Counted from the stretch's first letter, positions 1 to 9,953 are shown. The stretch: 64,000 nt of DNA from Candidatus Eiseniibacteriota bacterium (GCA_016930695.1 JAFGGD010000030.1:56321-120320), one strand, 5' to 3'. A program made the numbers and translations. The notes: generated from the sequence alone by a model not told the origin.

Positions 1-2229
1 ATCCGGGATCTGATCACCGGCCGCAGCTCGGCGGGGAGCATCAGCGCCCGGTCCGTGAAGAGCGTGGAGATCATCACCGGCGGTTTCGACGCCGAGTACG
101 GCCAGGCCCTCGCCGGCGTGATCGACATCGAGACCAAGGAGGGGAGCACGGAGCTGCACGGCTACGTGGAAGCGCAGAGCGATCACCTCCCCGGTTTCGG
201 AGACATCTACCGGAACACCGACTTCGACAAACTCGAGGTGCAGATCGAGGGGGAGGAACCGATCCAGCACTTCCTCCTGAAACCCCTCGGCGCCGCGATT
301 CCCGGCAAGCTCACCTTCTTCGTCGACCTTCAGGGAGATTTCGACAACACCTATCTCCCGGTCCAAGCCGCCGACGGAAGCGACAACACCCTCCGTTCCG
401 ATTACGTGGACCGCTTCCTGGGCATGGACATCCGGTACGACAACGACTTCTGGACCCCCCGCGCCGAGAACCGTTGGAGCGGCATGTACAAGGTCGCCTG
501 GCAACCGAACGGCCGGAACAAGGTCTTTCTCTCCTTCCAGAAAAAGCTGGAGATCGACCACGGGTTTTTCCGCAGCCCCCTGATCAGCGCCATCGATCCC
601 GGCGAGGCCACCTCGTCCTACAATTGGGAGTGGAGTCGCCGGAAAGACCACGATTACACGAACACCGACGACAACAACACGATCACCCTCGACTGGCGGC
701 GTATCTGGAACCGCCGGGTGCGGACCACATTCCGGTTCTCCCGCGCCTTCAACGCCTTCTTCCAGAACGTCCACGGGCGCCCGTGGTTCACCTACGAGGA
801 GTCGGACGACACGGACCTCCCGAACGACCAGGACACGGAGTTCTTCGTCGACACGGGCGACAACGACGTCTGGCACAGCCGCTACACCGAGTCCTACACG
901 GGCTATTTCGACATCAACTACTCGCCCGGGGATCATCACGATTTCAAGGGCGGGTTCGAAGCCAGCTACGAGAACCTGCAGTTCGTGACCATCAGCGAAC
1001 CCTGGGTGCAGGACCCGGACGGCCTCGGCCGGAACCACGACCTGTGGCACGTCTATCCGACCACGGGCGCGCTCTTCGTGCAGGACAAATTCCAGTTCGA
1101 GGGGTTCATCGGGAACGTGGGCCTCCGTTACGACTACTGGTTCCCGGGAAAAGCGGCGGAGGACGCCCTCCGGGACACCACCCGGGACGGCTTCAACCAG
1201 GCGCTTCTCGACAAGTACGAGGACGATTCCTTCTCCTTCCTCGGCGGCAACCGGGTGAAGGCGGTATTGGCGCCGCGGTTCCAGGTATCCCATCCGATCA
1301 CGGACCACTCCCACCTCTTCTTTAATTACGGACATTTCTCGCAGCGCCCGAACTACTACTACGTTTATTCCAAGATCAGCAGCGTCTCGAGCGAGGACTT
1401 TCCTCTCGTCGGCAACCTCACGCTAAACCCGAAAAAGACGGTCAAGTACGAGCTGGGGGCGCGGCACCAATTCACCGACGACCTGGCCGTGGATTTCTCG
1501 GTCTACTACAACGACATCTACGATTATCCGAAATCGCTTCGCTTCGAGCGGCCCGGTCTGCCGGACTACTTCGTCTATATCAACGAGGATTTCGCCCGCT
1601 CCCGGGGCTTTGAGGTGGAGCTGCGGAAGCGCCGCAGCCAGTACCTCTGGGGACGCCTTTCCTATTCGTACATGATCGCCACCGGAAAGGCCTCCGATCC
1701 GACGCAGACCAACCTGCTCCAGGAGGAGGTGGGCGCCTTCACACAGGTCGGCCGGGACGAGGAGTACCTCTACTGGAACCGGCCCCACAAGCTGACCCTG
1801 GACCTCACCTTCTCTGTCGGCGAGAGGCAGCAACCCCCGACGTTTTTCGGCTGGACCACGCCGCATGACTGGGATTTTCATCTCTATCTCTGGATGCAGT
1901 CCGGCCGGGCCTTCACGCCGCAAAACGCCAACGAAGAGGAGACGGGGGACCGCTACTCGGCAAACGCCCCCCTGAACAGCACCATCGACATTCGGTTCCG
2001 GAAGGGGTTCCGTCTCGCGGGGACCAAACTGAACTACGTCCTGGAAGTGCGCAACCTCTTCAATCATCGATACGCGAAGCGAATCGATCCGGTCACCGGC
2101 GAGGGATATGTGATCGGCGAGGGGATTCTCGACCACTCCCTGACGGAATGGGAATTGGCGAAATACTCCGATCCCTCTTTCCTCAGCTCGCCCCGCTCGG
2201 TGCGGGTGGGCGTGAGCGGAGAGTTCTAG
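1..2229 (+). CDS. TonB-dependent outer-membrane receptor (N-terminus cut by window edge)
   Basis: Frame-1 ORF is open from nt 1 (IRDLITGRS...). It has the plug-domain-like motif IITGGFDAEYGQALAGVIDIETKEG and a ~700-aa barrel-sized body rich in aromatic/Gly/Asp beta-strand signatures. It ends ...VRVGVSGEF; a terminal Phe is typical of OM beta-barrels. Confidence 0.75.
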   Translation: MRDLITGRSSAGSISARSVKSVEIITGGFDAEYGQALAGVIDIETKEGSTELHGYVEAQSDHLPGFGDIYRNTDFDKLEVQIEGEEPIQHFLLKPLGAAIPGKLTFFVDLQGDFDNTYLPVQAADGSDNTLRSDYVDRFLGMDIRYDNDFWTPRAENRWSGMYKVAWQPNGRNKVFLSFQKKLEIDHGFFRSPLISAIDPGEATSSYNWEWSRRKDHDYTNTDDNNTITLDWRRIWNRRVRTTFRFSRAFNAFFQNVHGRPWFTYEESDDTDLPNDQDTEFFVDTGDNDVWHSRYTESYTGYFDINYSPGDHHDFKGGFEASYENLQFVTISEPWVQDPDGLGRNHDLWHVYPTTGALFVQDKFQFEGFIGNVGLRYDYWFPGKAAEDALRDTTRDGFNQALLDKYEDDSFSFLGGNRVKAVLAPRFQVSHPITDHSHLFFNYGHFSQRPNYYYVYSKISSVSSEDFPLVGNLTLNPKKTVKYELGARHQFTDDLAVDFSVYYNDIYDYPKSLRFERPGLPDYFVYINEDFARSRGFEVELRKRRSQYLWGRLSYSYMIATGKASDPTQTNLLQEEVGAFTQVGRDEEYLYWNRPHKLTLDLTFSVGERQQPPTFFGWTTPHDWDFHLYLWMQSGRAFTPQNANEEETGDRYSANAPLNSTIDIRFRKGFRLAGTKLNYVLEVRNLFNHRYAKRIDPVTGEGYVIGEGILDHSLTEWELAKYSDPSFLSSPRSVRVGVSGEF

Positions 2230-2230
2230 A

Positions 2231-3241
2231 ATGAAACGCGCGGCGGTCATCGGCATCCTCCTCCCGGCCCTTCTCTTTTGGGCGGCCGGCGAGGCGCGCG
2301 CGGGATCGGGACTCGGCAGCGAGCGCGTGGGAACCGCCTCCGGGGCGTTCCTCAAGATCGGCGTGGGCGCAAAGGCCGTCGGCCTGGGCGAGGCCTTCAC
2401 CGCCGTCGCCGACGACGCGACGACGGTCTTCTGGAACCCCGCCGGCCTGACCAACCTGGAGGGACGCCACGCTCTTTTCTCCCATACCTCCTGGATCGCC
2501 GACATCGACTATGAGTATCTCGCCTACGCCCAGAGCCTCCCCTACCTGGGGGGGATGAGCGCCGGAATCCAGATCGGTTCCCTCCGAACCGACATGATGG
2601 AGACCACCGTCTACCAGCCCTACGGCACGGGACGGGAGTTCACCTACTCGGACCTCTTCATCGGCGTCGCCGCGGCGCGGCGTTTCACGGACAAGCTCTC
2701 CCTCGGCTTCGGCCTCAAGTACATCCGCGAGAATTACGGCGCCGCCATCGACGGGCCGGTGGTGAACACCTTCACCATCGATTTCGGCACCTATTATTTC
2801 CTCGGCGTCCGGGACGCGGTCTTCGCCGTCACGCTCCGCAACTTCGGGCCGGAGTGGCAACCGAACGGCACCTACATCGAGTACGGCGGCGACGACACGG
2901 GTCAGGAGATGGATTTCCAGAAGAACAGCTCGCCCACGAGCTTCCAGGCCGGTTTCCAGACCCGAGTCTGGGCGAACGAGACCTTCCGGCAGATCGGCGT
3001 GATCGAAATGTCCCGCCCGCCGGACAACTCGGAGTCGTTCCGGATCGCCACGGAGCTGACCTATCTGGACATGCTCGCCCTCCGCACCGGGTACAACCTG
3101 AACGCGGATGAGCTGAAATGGAGCGGCGGCCTCGGCGTCCGGTTGGAGACGTCGGGCGTGACCAACCGGGTCGACTACGCTTTCACCTATTCCGATTACC
3201 TGGAGCGGATCGACAGAATCTCCTGGGGGGTGGAGTTCTAA
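2231..3241 (+). CDS. FadL/TodX (Toluene_X)-family outer-membrane beta-barrel, possibly PorV-like
   Basis: Signal peptide MKRAAVIGILLPALLFWAAGEARA. N-terminal motif GAKAVGLGEAFTAVADDATTVFWNPAGL matches the FadL/TodX N-terminal signature (G-x-G-x-A...ADDA...NPA-L). C-terminal ...WGVEF. The start is 2 nt after the upstream stop, so the gene is operonic. Confidence 0.55.
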   Translation: MKRAAVIGILLPALLFWAAGEARAGSGLGSERVGTASGAFLKIGVGAKAVGLGEAFTAVADDATTVFWNPAGLTNLEGRHALFSHTSWIADIDYEYLAYAQSLPYLGGMSAGIQIGSLRTDMMETTVYQPYGTGREFTYSDLFIGVAAARRFTDKLSLGFGLKYIRENYGAAIDGPVVNTFTIDFGTYYFLGVRDAVFAVTLRNFGPEWQPNGTYIEYGGDDTGQEMDFQKNSSPTSFQAGFQTRVWANETFRQIGVIEMSRPPDNSESFRIATELTYLDMLALRTGYNLNADELKWSGGLGVRLETSGVTNRVDYAFTYSDYLERIDRISWGVEF

Positions 3242-4449
3242 TGCGCCGGATCACCCTCACCGCCCTCGGCCTTCTCCTTCTCGCGGCGGGCTGCGGAAAC
3301 AAGATGGACCTGCCCACCGAGACGCCGGGCGGACAGATCCCCTTCGACGGCTACTTCGTCTACGGAGTCTGGGAAAACGTGGGCAACGTGACCGACATCC
3401 TGGTCACCCAGAACCAGTGGATCTACGTCGCCGAGGACAGCGCAGTCGTCTCCCGCCTCAAACGGAAGGGGGGGAACGACAACGGCGTCGCCGTCGCCCG
3501 GGTGATCTCCACGTTGGAGGGCTTCCACGCGCCGGTGCGCCTGAGCGAAGGGGCGGAGGATCACATCTTCGTTCTCGACGTCGACACGGCCACCGCCGTC
3601 TTTTACAGCGACCGTTTCCCGAACACGCCCCCCAGCACGGTCCTGCCGATCCCGACGACGGTGGCGATCCCCCGTGTTCGGCTCTACGACCTCTACAGCC
3701 AGGCGATCACCGCCGACTGGATCGATCGGAAGTGGCTCCCGCAGGACAGCACGAACACCTTCACCGGGCGCGATTCCGCCCGGATCAATCACCATTTCGG
3801 AAACACCCTTCTCACCTGTCTCACCGCCGACGACGACGACAACATCTACGTGGGGGGGAGGAACTTCTCCTATCTCCTGAAGGTGAAGCGCGAGTTCGAC
3901 ACCACCTGGGTGGGGACCACGCCCGTTCTGACGCAGACGGGCGCCGAGTCCACCTACGTCGACTCCACCACCGAGTGGTTCGTGCGGAAGTACGACGCCG
4001 AGGGGAGTTTCCTCATCGAGGTCGTCTCCAACGGGAGCGGCCTCGGGTACGGCGAAGAGATCGAGGGGCTCGCCTGGACGCCGGAGGCGCTCTTCTTCGT
4101 CGACCGGGCGACGAACCGCCTGAAGGCGAACGATCCGAACCTCTCCGCGTCGGGGCTGGATTGGCTGACCGGCGACGAGATCAACGACCCCGGCGAGGCG
4201 ATCCCCTTCCTGCTGAATCCGTCGGGGGTCGCCGTGGATCCGCTCGGCCACATCTTCGTGAGCGACGGCGGGAACGGCCGGGTGCTCAAGTACACCGAGA
4301 GCTTCGCGTACAAGGAGCGCGTGGACCGGAACGCCGTCGGCCTCCTCGCCGCGCCGGGCGCGGTGGCGGCCACGGACTCGCTCGTGTACGTCTATGACGA
4401 GGCGGGGGGGAAGATGGTGCTCTTCGAACTCCCCAAACCGCCCGAATGA
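3241..4449 (+). CDS. NHL-repeat beta-propeller lipoprotein
   Basis: Lipobox LLLAAG-C (MRRITLTALGLLLLAAGCGNK). NHL-like blades include NIYVGGRNFSY and HIFVSDGGNGRVLKY. The start ATG abuts the upstream TAA (taATG); the longer ORF from 3118 was rejected as an upstream extension. Confidence 0.55.
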   Translation: MRRITLTALGLLLLAAGCGNKMDLPTETPGGQIPFDGYFVYGVWENVGNVTDILVTQNQWIYVAEDSAVVSRLKRKGGNDNGVAVARVISTLEGFHAPVRLSEGAEDHIFVLDVDTATAVFYSDRFPNTPPSTVLPIPTTVAIPRVRLYDLYSQAITADWIDRKWLPQDSTNTFTGRDSARINHHFGNTLLTCLTADDDDNIYVGGRNFSYLLKVKREFDTTWVGTTPVLTQTGAESTYVDSTTEWFVRKYDAEGSFLIEVVSNGSGLGYGEEIEGLAWTPEALFFVDRATNRLKANDPNLSASGLDWLTGDEINDPGEAIPFLLNPSGVAVDPLGHIFVSDGGNGRVLKYTESFAYKERVDRNAVGLLAAPGAVAATDSLVYVYDEAGGKMVLFELPKPPE

Positions 4450-6332
4450 AACGGATGACCGGAACGATGAAAACCATTTTCTTCCGCACGATCCTCGTGG
4501 CGGCGCTTCTCGCCGCGGCGCCCCTCTCCGCCCAGGATGAATACCGGTCGATCCCGGATCAGAAGTTCACCTCCGTGAACCAGATCGGGCTCATGATCAA
4601 CAACAACGGTTTCCTCGGCACCAACCTGCCGAGCGAACTCTCGCCCCCCTCTTTCGAGTATCCCCTCGGAACCGACCTGGAACGGATGATCCGCGGCGGG
4701 ATCTGGATCGGCGCGATCAACGTGGACAACGACACGCTCGTGAGCCACGCCGCCATCGACGCCTACTACACCGACCCGATCGAATCGGAGTTCCGCGCGG
4801 GACCGCTCATGGATGTCCGCAGCTCTTTGAAAAACGACCCCAACTACGATCCCGACGCGGTGTCGGAACAGGACTACGACTGTTTCTTCGTCGATACCGA
4901 CGCCACCCTGATGAACAACCACGTCCCATTGAACTTGAAGGTGCGGCTCAAGACATACGCATGGAGCTTCCAGCCGGTGGACCAGTTCGTCATTCTGAGC
5001 TACACCATCGAGAACATCGGCCAGAACCGCCTGCAGGACCTTTATGTCGGAATGTACGGCGAGCTGATCAGCTGCTCCAAGTCGTCGGGAGGCTCCTTCC
5101 CGGGCCAGTGCTTCGACACCAAGGCGGTCTTCTACGACGCCGAGCGGCGCGCCGTCGGGAACCGGCACTTCACCTTCGACTATCCCGGTTACGCGGGCTA
5201 CGCGCTCCTCGGATCGCTCCCCGACACGCTCGGGAACAAGACCGTCACCTATGAGTGGATGCGCTGGGATCCGGGCGCCGCCAGCTCCGCCACGGACCCG
5301 GATCGCTACCGGCTCATGTCGAGCGGAGTCATCGATGTCGACTTCGACCCCGTGGCCGATCCGGGGGACACGCTCGTTCCGGTCGACGACCCGACGGAGC
5401 TTCTCTCCGCCGGTCCCTATCGCTTCCTCGATCCGGGGGACACGCTGAACGTGGTCTTCGCTTTCGCCGGCGGGACGGGCTGGGACGATTATCTCTTCCG
5501 CGTCGACTGGGCGCAGAAGACCTTCGAGTCGAACTATCAGATCCCGGAGCCGCCCCCCTCGCCGGCGCTCCACGTCGACCCGGGCCCGAACCGCGTCCGT
5601 CTCTTCTGGGACGCCGCGCCCGAGACGATTCCCGATCCGGTGCTCCCCGATTCGATGGACTTCCAGGGCTACCGAATCTACCTCTCCCGGGACAACCTGG
5701 ATTGGACTCTGGTGGGAGAGTACGACATCGTCGACACCATCGGATTCAACACCGGTTTCGCGTCGATTCTCTCGGACACGACGATCGACGAGTGGGATTA
5801 CAACTACGCCTACGAGATTCCCAATCTGAAGGACGGCTTCGAATACTGGGTGAGCGTGACCAGCTACGATCGGGGCGACCGCGCCCAGGGCGTTCCCCCG
5901 CTCGAGAGCGGTTACAGCCAGAACAGAAACATCATCATCCCCGGCCCGGACGCCAAGGGACCCGGCGATGCACGCCCCGACGTGCTCGTCTTCCCGAATC
6001 CCTATCGAGGGGAGGCGCTCTGGGACGGCCAGTATCCCCGGGAGCGGCTGATCTATTTCGGCAACCTGCCGCGTCTCTGCACGATCCGGATCTACACCAT
6101 CGCCGGCGACCTGGTGGACACCATCGTCTTCGACGCCGAGTCCTACCACGCCCTGGAATCGGCGGCGGTGTACGACCCCGATTTCGATCCCCCCGTGTTG
6201 TCCGGCGGCCTCGCCGCGTGGGACCTGCTGACCAGTCAGGACCAGTCCATCGCCTCCGGCCTCTACGTCTTCTCCGTGGAGGACCGGGAAACGGGCGACG
6301 TGGAGGTCGGAAAGTTCTTGGTGATCCGATGA
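4446..6332 (+). CDS. Secreted protein with fibronectin-III-like domain and T9SS C-terminal sorting domain
   Basis: ATGA overlap with the upstream stop. Signal peptide ...ILVAALLAAAPLSAQ. FnIII-like segment PPPSPALHVDPGPNRVRLFWDA...QGYRIYLSRDNLDW. C-terminus ...ASGLYVFSVEDRETGDVEVGKFLVIR fits the Por_Secre_tail/T9SS CTD pattern. Confidence 0.6.
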   Translation: MKRMTGTMKTIFFRTILVAALLAAAPLSAQDEYRSIPDQKFTSVNQIGLMINNNGFLGTNLPSELSPPSFEYPLGTDLERMIRGGIWIGAINVDNDTLVSHAAIDAYYTDPIESEFRAGPLMDVRSSLKNDPNYDPDAVSEQDYDCFFVDTDATLMNNHVPLNLKVRLKTYAWSFQPVDQFVILSYTIENIGQNRLQDLYVGMYGELISCSKSSGGSFPGQCFDTKAVFYDAERRAVGNRHFTFDYPGYAGYALLGSLPDTLGNKTVTYEWMRWDPGAASSATDPDRYRLMSSGVIDVDFDPVADPGDTLVPVDDPTELLSAGPYRFLDPGDTLNVVFAFAGGTGWDDYLFRVDWAQKTFESNYQIPEPPPSPALHVDPGPNRVRLFWDAAPETIPDPVLPDSMDFQGYRIYLSRDNLDWTLVGEYDIVDTIGFNTGFASILSDTTIDEWDYNYAYEIPNLKDGFEYWVSVTSYDRGDRAQGVPPLESGYSQNRNIIIPGPDAKGPGDARPDVLVFPNPYRGEALWDGQYPRERLIYFGNLPRLCTIRIYTIAGDLVDTIVFDAESYHALESAAVYDPDFDPPVLSGGLAAWDLLTSQDQSIASGLYVFSVEDRETGDVEVGKFLVIR

Positions 6333-7807
6333 GGACGGTGAACGCTCTCCTCTTTCTCTCGGCGCTCCTGGCCGCCGCTCTCGTCTCTTTCGGCGGCTGC
6401 GGCGACAACGCCTTCGATCCGAAGGAGAACCGCGCCCCCGAAACGGGACTCGCCCTGACCGGCGACTCCCTCTCCACCACCATCTATCGCGTGAATCTGA
6501 AGTGGTGGGGGAGCGATCTGGACGGCGAGGTGCACGGCTACGAATACCGTTGGATTCCTCTGCAGGGTCTCACCGAAACCTACGAACTGGACACCGCCTG
6601 GACCTATACCGCCTTCGTGAAAAAGAATTTCGTCCTTCCCGTGCCGGACGCGAACGCGCGCTTCCGCTTCGAGGTCCGCGCCATGGACGACGAGGGGAAG
6701 AGGGATCCGACGCCGGCGACGCAGGAGTATCCTTTCTATAACAATCGTCCTTCGGTGTCGATCCGGTACAAGTCGCTCCTCCCCGATTCCGCCTGGCCGG
6801 TGCTCACCTTCGGCTGGGACTCCGCGGACCCGGACGGCGACTCCACCATCGCCAAACATCTGATCTGGGTGGGGGGACGCGAGGAATCGCCGATGGAGGT
6901 GGACGCCGAGCTGGACACGATTCTCCTTCTGCCGGCGCAATTGGACACTTCCGGCTGGGTGACCGTGTTCCTGCAGACCGTAGACGAGGCCCACTCCGCC
7001 AGCGATCCGGACAGTTTTGACGTGAAACTCTATCCGATTCATGGGGAGATCCTCCTGGTCGACGACTACTCGCTCAACTCGGCGGGATTCGTGGACGCCG
7101 ACTCTTGGTACAAGGACTTCCTGATCGGCCGCGTACAGGAAGACGGCTTCACCCGGATCGACCTCGCCAAAACGCCTTTCAACACGGACGTTCGTTTCGG
7201 CGGCTTCCTGACCGCCTTCAACCACGTGATCTGGTACAGCGGCCACCGCGCGCGATCGGTCTTCAGCGACGAGCAGCGTTTCACCCAGATGGGACGCGCC
7301 GAGAAGGGACTGGGCACATTCCTCGAGCGGGGGGGAGGCCTCTTCCTCTCCTCGCTGAACGCGATCGGCACCTACAGCGGGTTCACGCCCAATTTCTATA
7401 AGACCTACGCCGGTTTCGACACCGTCTTCATCGACACCACGCCGCGCACCCAGACCTTCTCCAACTTCGCGTTCCGCGAGGGGATCTACGCCTACCAGGT
7501 CCCCCTGGAGCCTTTCGAGGGGACCGGTCTTCCCCAGCTGCGCGCCTTCACCGGGCTTCGCTATCACGGGCTCGACTCTCCGGTCGATACCACTGCAACC
7601 TTTGCCGCGGAAAGGCTTTACAAGATTCCGAACGGCAATCTGCAGGGGCAGGCCGCCGACTTCACCGTCGTACTCCGCCGGGATTTACCCGCTCCGGGGG
7701 GACGCCTGGTGCTCTCCACCATTCCCTTCGCCTTCTATTATGGGGAAGGGAACAACGACGAGGTGTTCGGGGCTTTCCTCGACTGGCTGGGAGCGCCGGC
7801 CCGCTAA
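6329..7807 (+). CDS. Lipoprotein of unknown function (last gene of operon)
   Basis: ATGA overlap with the upstream stop. Lipobox LVSFGG-C (MRTVNALLFLSALLAAALVSFGGCGDN). The six-frame ORF extends upstream to 5255, but there is no signal peptide there and that extension lies inside the preceding gene. Confidence 0.5.
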   Translation: MRTVNALLFLSALLAAALVSFGGCGDNAFDPKENRAPETGLALTGDSLSTTIYRVNLKWWGSDLDGEVHGYEYRWIPLQGLTETYELDTAWTYTAFVKKNFVLPVPDANARFRFEVRAMDDEGKRDPTPATQEYPFYNNRPSVSIRYKSLLPDSAWPVLTFGWDSADPDGDSTIAKHLIWVGGREESPMEVDAELDTILLLPAQLDTSGWVTVFLQTVDEAHSASDPDSFDVKLYPIHGEILLVDDYSLNSAGFVDADSWYKDFLIGRVQEDGFTRIDLAKTPFNTDVRFGGFLTAFNHVIWYSGHRARSVFSDEQRFTQMGRAEKGLGTFLERGGGLFLSSLNAIGTYSGFTPNFYKTYAGFDTVFIDTTPRTQTFSNFAFREGIYAYQVPLEPFEGTGLPQLRAFTGLRYHGLDSPVDTTATFAAERLYKIPNGNLQGQAADFTVVLRRDLPAPGGRLVLSTIPFAFYYGEGNNDEVFGAFLDWLGAPAR

Positions 7808-7842
7808 GTCCCGGCTGTGCCTCGACATCCTTAACCTTCATC

Positions 7843-7871
7843 TTGACTTGACGTTGCGTTTCTGGTAACAT
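7843..7871 (+). promoter_or_regulatory. Sigma-70-like promoter candidate (TTGACT-N17-TAACAT) upstream of 8014 gene
   Basis: Hexamers read directly, with 17-nt spacer; about 140 nt upstream of the start codon, followed by a weak hairpin plus T6 at 7892-7910. Confidence 0.3.
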
Positions 7872-8013
7872 TGTTTCGCCGTCTATATACAGCGGCGATG
7901 CGCTTTTTTCCCCCGGCGGCGCCGGCGGGAAGGGCGGCCGAAAAAACGTTCCTGATGCCGAATTTCGGAAACCGAATCCGCGAGTCCCACCGGGCCGCAA
8001 GGAGGAATGTCCC

Positions 8014-9927
8014 ATGAAGCGATCGATCCTGTTTCTCGCCCTGGCCGCGCTGGCGACGGCGACTTTCGCGTACGCCGAATGTCCCGAACCGGTCGATACG
8101 GTCACGGTCCAGCAGATCCAGCTGGGTATGGGCGTGATCGTAAACGAGATTTATTACGTGGACAGCATCGTCGTCACCGGTCTCGGCGAGGCCGGCTTCT
8201 ACGCCCAGGAGCTGGAAGACACGGGAAGCGCTTTCTCCGGCATCTACGTGTATACCGGCGCCGAGCCGACCGACTACAGCCGCGGCGATCTGGTGAACGT
8301 GATCGGCACACTGCAGGAGTACTTCGAATGGACCGAACTCCGGGTCACGAGCGATTACTACGGGTGCGTTTTCATCATCGGCACCGCCGATGTGCCCGTG
8401 CCGGCGATGGTCACCTGCTGCGACATCAACGACTCGGTGAACGTGGAGGCGGAGAAGTGGGAGAGCGTTCTCGTGCAGGTCGATTCGGTCCGCGTGACGA
8501 ATGATAATTACTCCCAATACGGAGAGTGGACGGTCGTGGAGTTCGACGGCGACGCCGGTTGCGCCGCCCAGGAAACGCTCATTTGCGACGACGAGATGCT
8601 TCAGCCGGTCGCCGTGCCGGACAGCGGCACGCATCTCCAAGGCATCATCGGCTGCATCTCCTACAACTTCGACTTCTTCAAGCTGAACCCGCGGAACAAC
8701 GCCGACCTCCTTTACATCGGCCTGCCGCCGGCGCCGAACACCCGCTTCTGCTATCCCATCGACAACAGCCATCTCGGCGTCGCCTTCGACAAGCAGTTGG
8801 ACGAGGTTTCCGCGGAGAACGCCAGCAACTACTACATCGCGGAGTTCGACATCACCATCTCCTCCGCGCAGATGCAGGACGACTCCCTCACGGTGATCCT
8901 CACCACGAGCGACATGTCCGGCTTCACCGGGAGCGCCTTCCGCAGCCTGGTGGTGGAGAACGTGAAGAACGCCCAGGGCGTGCCGATGGCGGCCAACATC
9001 GAAGAGTTCATCCCCGGTGTGAAGAACTGCGAGTTCGCGCATCTCACCGACAGCGCCACCGTGGCCGGGCGTCCCTTCGCCATCGGCGCCGTGGTCACCG
9101 CTACGCCGACCGAGGCCTACGCGGATCGTTACATGTTCATCCAGGACCGGAACACCGCCTTCGGCTACGGCTTGATCCTTTACACCGGAAGCTACATCGA
9201 CGTGGACGAGGTCGGCATCGAGAGGGGCGACTCGGTCCTCGTCTCCGGCCTGGTTTCGCCCTACTTCGGCCTGATCGAGATGGGCGTGGTGGATTACATC
9301 GGCATCGTCACCCCGGGCCTCGCCGTTCCGGCGCCGGTCGTGGTTTCCGTCGCCACCGCCCGCACCGATCCTTACGAGGGGAAGCTGGTGCGCGTCGAGA
9401 ACGTGCGCGTGCGCACCGACTCGATCGGCTGGGGCGAGTGGTCCGTCGACAACGTGCTGGGCGACACTCTCTGCATCGACAACATCTTCAGCCCGGGCAT
9501 CGACAACTACGAGCCCGCGCCCGGCGACTCCTTCACCTTCATCGCCGGCCCGATGTGGTATGAGTACAGCCACCGGAAGATCAACCCACGCGACTACGAC
9601 GACATCTACATCGTCGGCGTCACCGACGTGGACGACGGCGCGCCGAAGTTCATGAACGCCCTGGATCAGAACCGGCCGAACCCGTTCAACCCGGTCACCA
9701 CGATCCAGTTCTCGCTCCAGAGGCCGACGGACGTGGCTCTCCGGATCTACGACGTTTCCGGCCGCGAGGTGCGGACGCTGACCAAGTCGAACCTCCAGGC
9801 GGGCCGGTACGAAGCGGTTTGGCACGGACAGAACAACGCCGGCCAGAACGTCTCCTCCGGCGTCTACTTCTACCGTCTCGAGGCGGGCGAATACACCGCC
9901 ACGCGCAAGATGGTGCTGATCCGCTAA
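8014..9927 (+). CDS. Secreted protein with two OB-fold-like modules, Ig-like domain and T9SS C-terminal sorting domain
   Basis: RBS-like GGAGGA ahead of the ATG. Signal peptide MKRSILFLALAALATATFAYA. The module (V/I)QQIQ...G..V.V.G(V/I)VT......GF..Q.....S.GI.VYTG.......RGD.V.V.G.L.E recurs at residues ~30-110 and ~360-440. It resembles the N-terminal OB-fold of ExeM/NucH-type extracellular nuclease precursors, but no catalytic domain was recognised. C-terminus ...GVYFYRLEAGEYTATRKMVLIR is a T9SS CTD. Confidence 0.6.
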   Translation: MKRSILFLALAALATATFAYAECPEPVDTVTVQQIQLGMGVIVNEIYYVDSIVVTGLGEAGFYAQELEDTGSAFSGIYVYTGAEPTDYSRGDLVNVIGTLQEYFEWTELRVTSDYYGCVFIIGTADVPVPAMVTCCDINDSVNVEAEKWESVLVQVDSVRVTNDNYSQYGEWTVVEFDGDAGCAAQETLICDDEMLQPVAVPDSGTHLQGIIGCISYNFDFFKLNPRNNADLLYIGLPPAPNTRFCYPIDNSHLGVAFDKQLDEVSAENASNYYIAEFDITISSAQMQDDSLTVILTTSDMSGFTGSAFRSLVVENVKNAQGVPMAANIEEFIPGVKNCEFAHLTDSATVAGRPFAIGAVVTATPTEAYADRYMFIQDRNTAFGYGLILYTGSYIDVDEVGIERGDSVLVSGLVSPYFGLIEMGVVDYIGIVTPGLAVPAPVVVSVATARTDPYEGKLVRVENVRVRTDSIGWGEWSVDNVLGDTLCIDNIFSPGIDNYEPAPGDSFTFIAGPMWYEYSHRKINPRDYDDIYIVGVTDVDDGAPKFMNALDQNRPNPFNPVTTIQFSLQRPTDVALRIYDVSGREVRTLTKSNLQAGRYEAVWHGQNNAGQNVSSGVYFYRLEAGEYTATRKMVLIR

Positions 9928-9953
9928 GCGCCTTCCCAAAACGCAACGCGGAA

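Noticed and set aside
474-1325. 283-aa + strand ORF inside the TonB-dependent receptor gene (other frame)
   Set aside because: Arg/Pro/Gly-rich low-complexity translation embedded in a gene with clear plug/barrel motifs. Frame-shadow artefact.
5255-6328. Upstream in-frame extension of the 6329 lipoprotein gene (ORF track 5255-7807, 850 aa)
   Set aside because: The extension lies entirely inside the preceding CTD gene in another frame and has no signal peptide. A lipobox Met at 6329 overlaps the upstream stop as ATGA.
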